A DNA stretch of 64,000 nt from a virus. Shown piece after piece: positions 63,638 to 64,000 of this stretch. How positions within the stretch are numbered: the stretch's first letter is position 1; each line of letters opens with the position of its first letter. Under the pieces are notes generated by a model. It was given only the letters and a program-made list of their open reading frames with translations, was not told the origin of the DNA and ran no database searches. The stretch covers positions 7,482 to 71,481 of IMG/VR virus record IMGVR_UViG_3300027985_000918. The stretch is one strand, 5' to 3'. A program made the position numbers and the translations under genes.

Positions 63638-64000
63638 CGAGCCTCAGAGTTAAGGGGAGGATCCACACGGGGGCCTTCTCCCCCGTGTGGATCCTGGATG
63701 GTGGGGAACCCCCTCCACCATGAGTACAGAGCCCTCAGAGGGATTACCCCAACCCTGCTAAATGATAGACTCTTGGCCTCCTGCCCAGGTAGGCCTGCAT
63801 TGGGGGTTAGTTTGAGCAGTTGGGGGCTACGGAAGGGTGCGGATGAGTTCTTCGTTCTTCGGACCGGGGACTACTCCAGCCTTCAGACACCTCTCCCAGT
63901 CGGATAGGACCGCCTCGAAGTCCTCCTCTGGCATGTCAGTGAGTCCAGGGCAATCGAACATCCTCCGAAGATTGAGGACATCCATCACGTCCTTGAACTT

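Overview
This window looks like part of a large, GC-rich (jumbo-type) bacteriophage genome. It has rIIA/rIIB-like genes, HNH endonucleases, dense short ORFs and about 30 tRNA or tRNA-like genes in two clusters. An OmpA domain and a lipoprotein suggest a diderm host (inference). It is dominated by functions that protect translation and counter host defence: RNA repair and maturation (Rnl2-type ligase, RtcB, Tpt1/KptA, RNase Z, Pth2), a SpoT-type HD hydrolase, and a four-enzyme NAD+ salvage route (PncA-PncB-NadD-NadE plus NrtR) interleaved with a TerY-P-like vWA/PP2C/kinase triad. The most striking observations are: (1) a family of at least 7 tRNA-scaffold RNAs carrying one conserved structured module (GC-N5-9-GCTY...RAGC-CTACAM-GC), grafted into the anticodon loop, the variable region or the acceptor end; five sit directly upstream of a Ro60/TROVE-like vWA gene; (2) immediately downstream, an apparently complete phage ubiquitin-like system (E2-like, JAB, Ubl ending in GG, Thr1 Ntn protease, E1); (3) leader-peptide attenuators and rrn-type boxA-like sites in front of both tRNA operons; (4) a GGTAAC-N16/17-GTA promoter-like motif found about 20 times. 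All calls come from reading motifs by eye; no searches were run.
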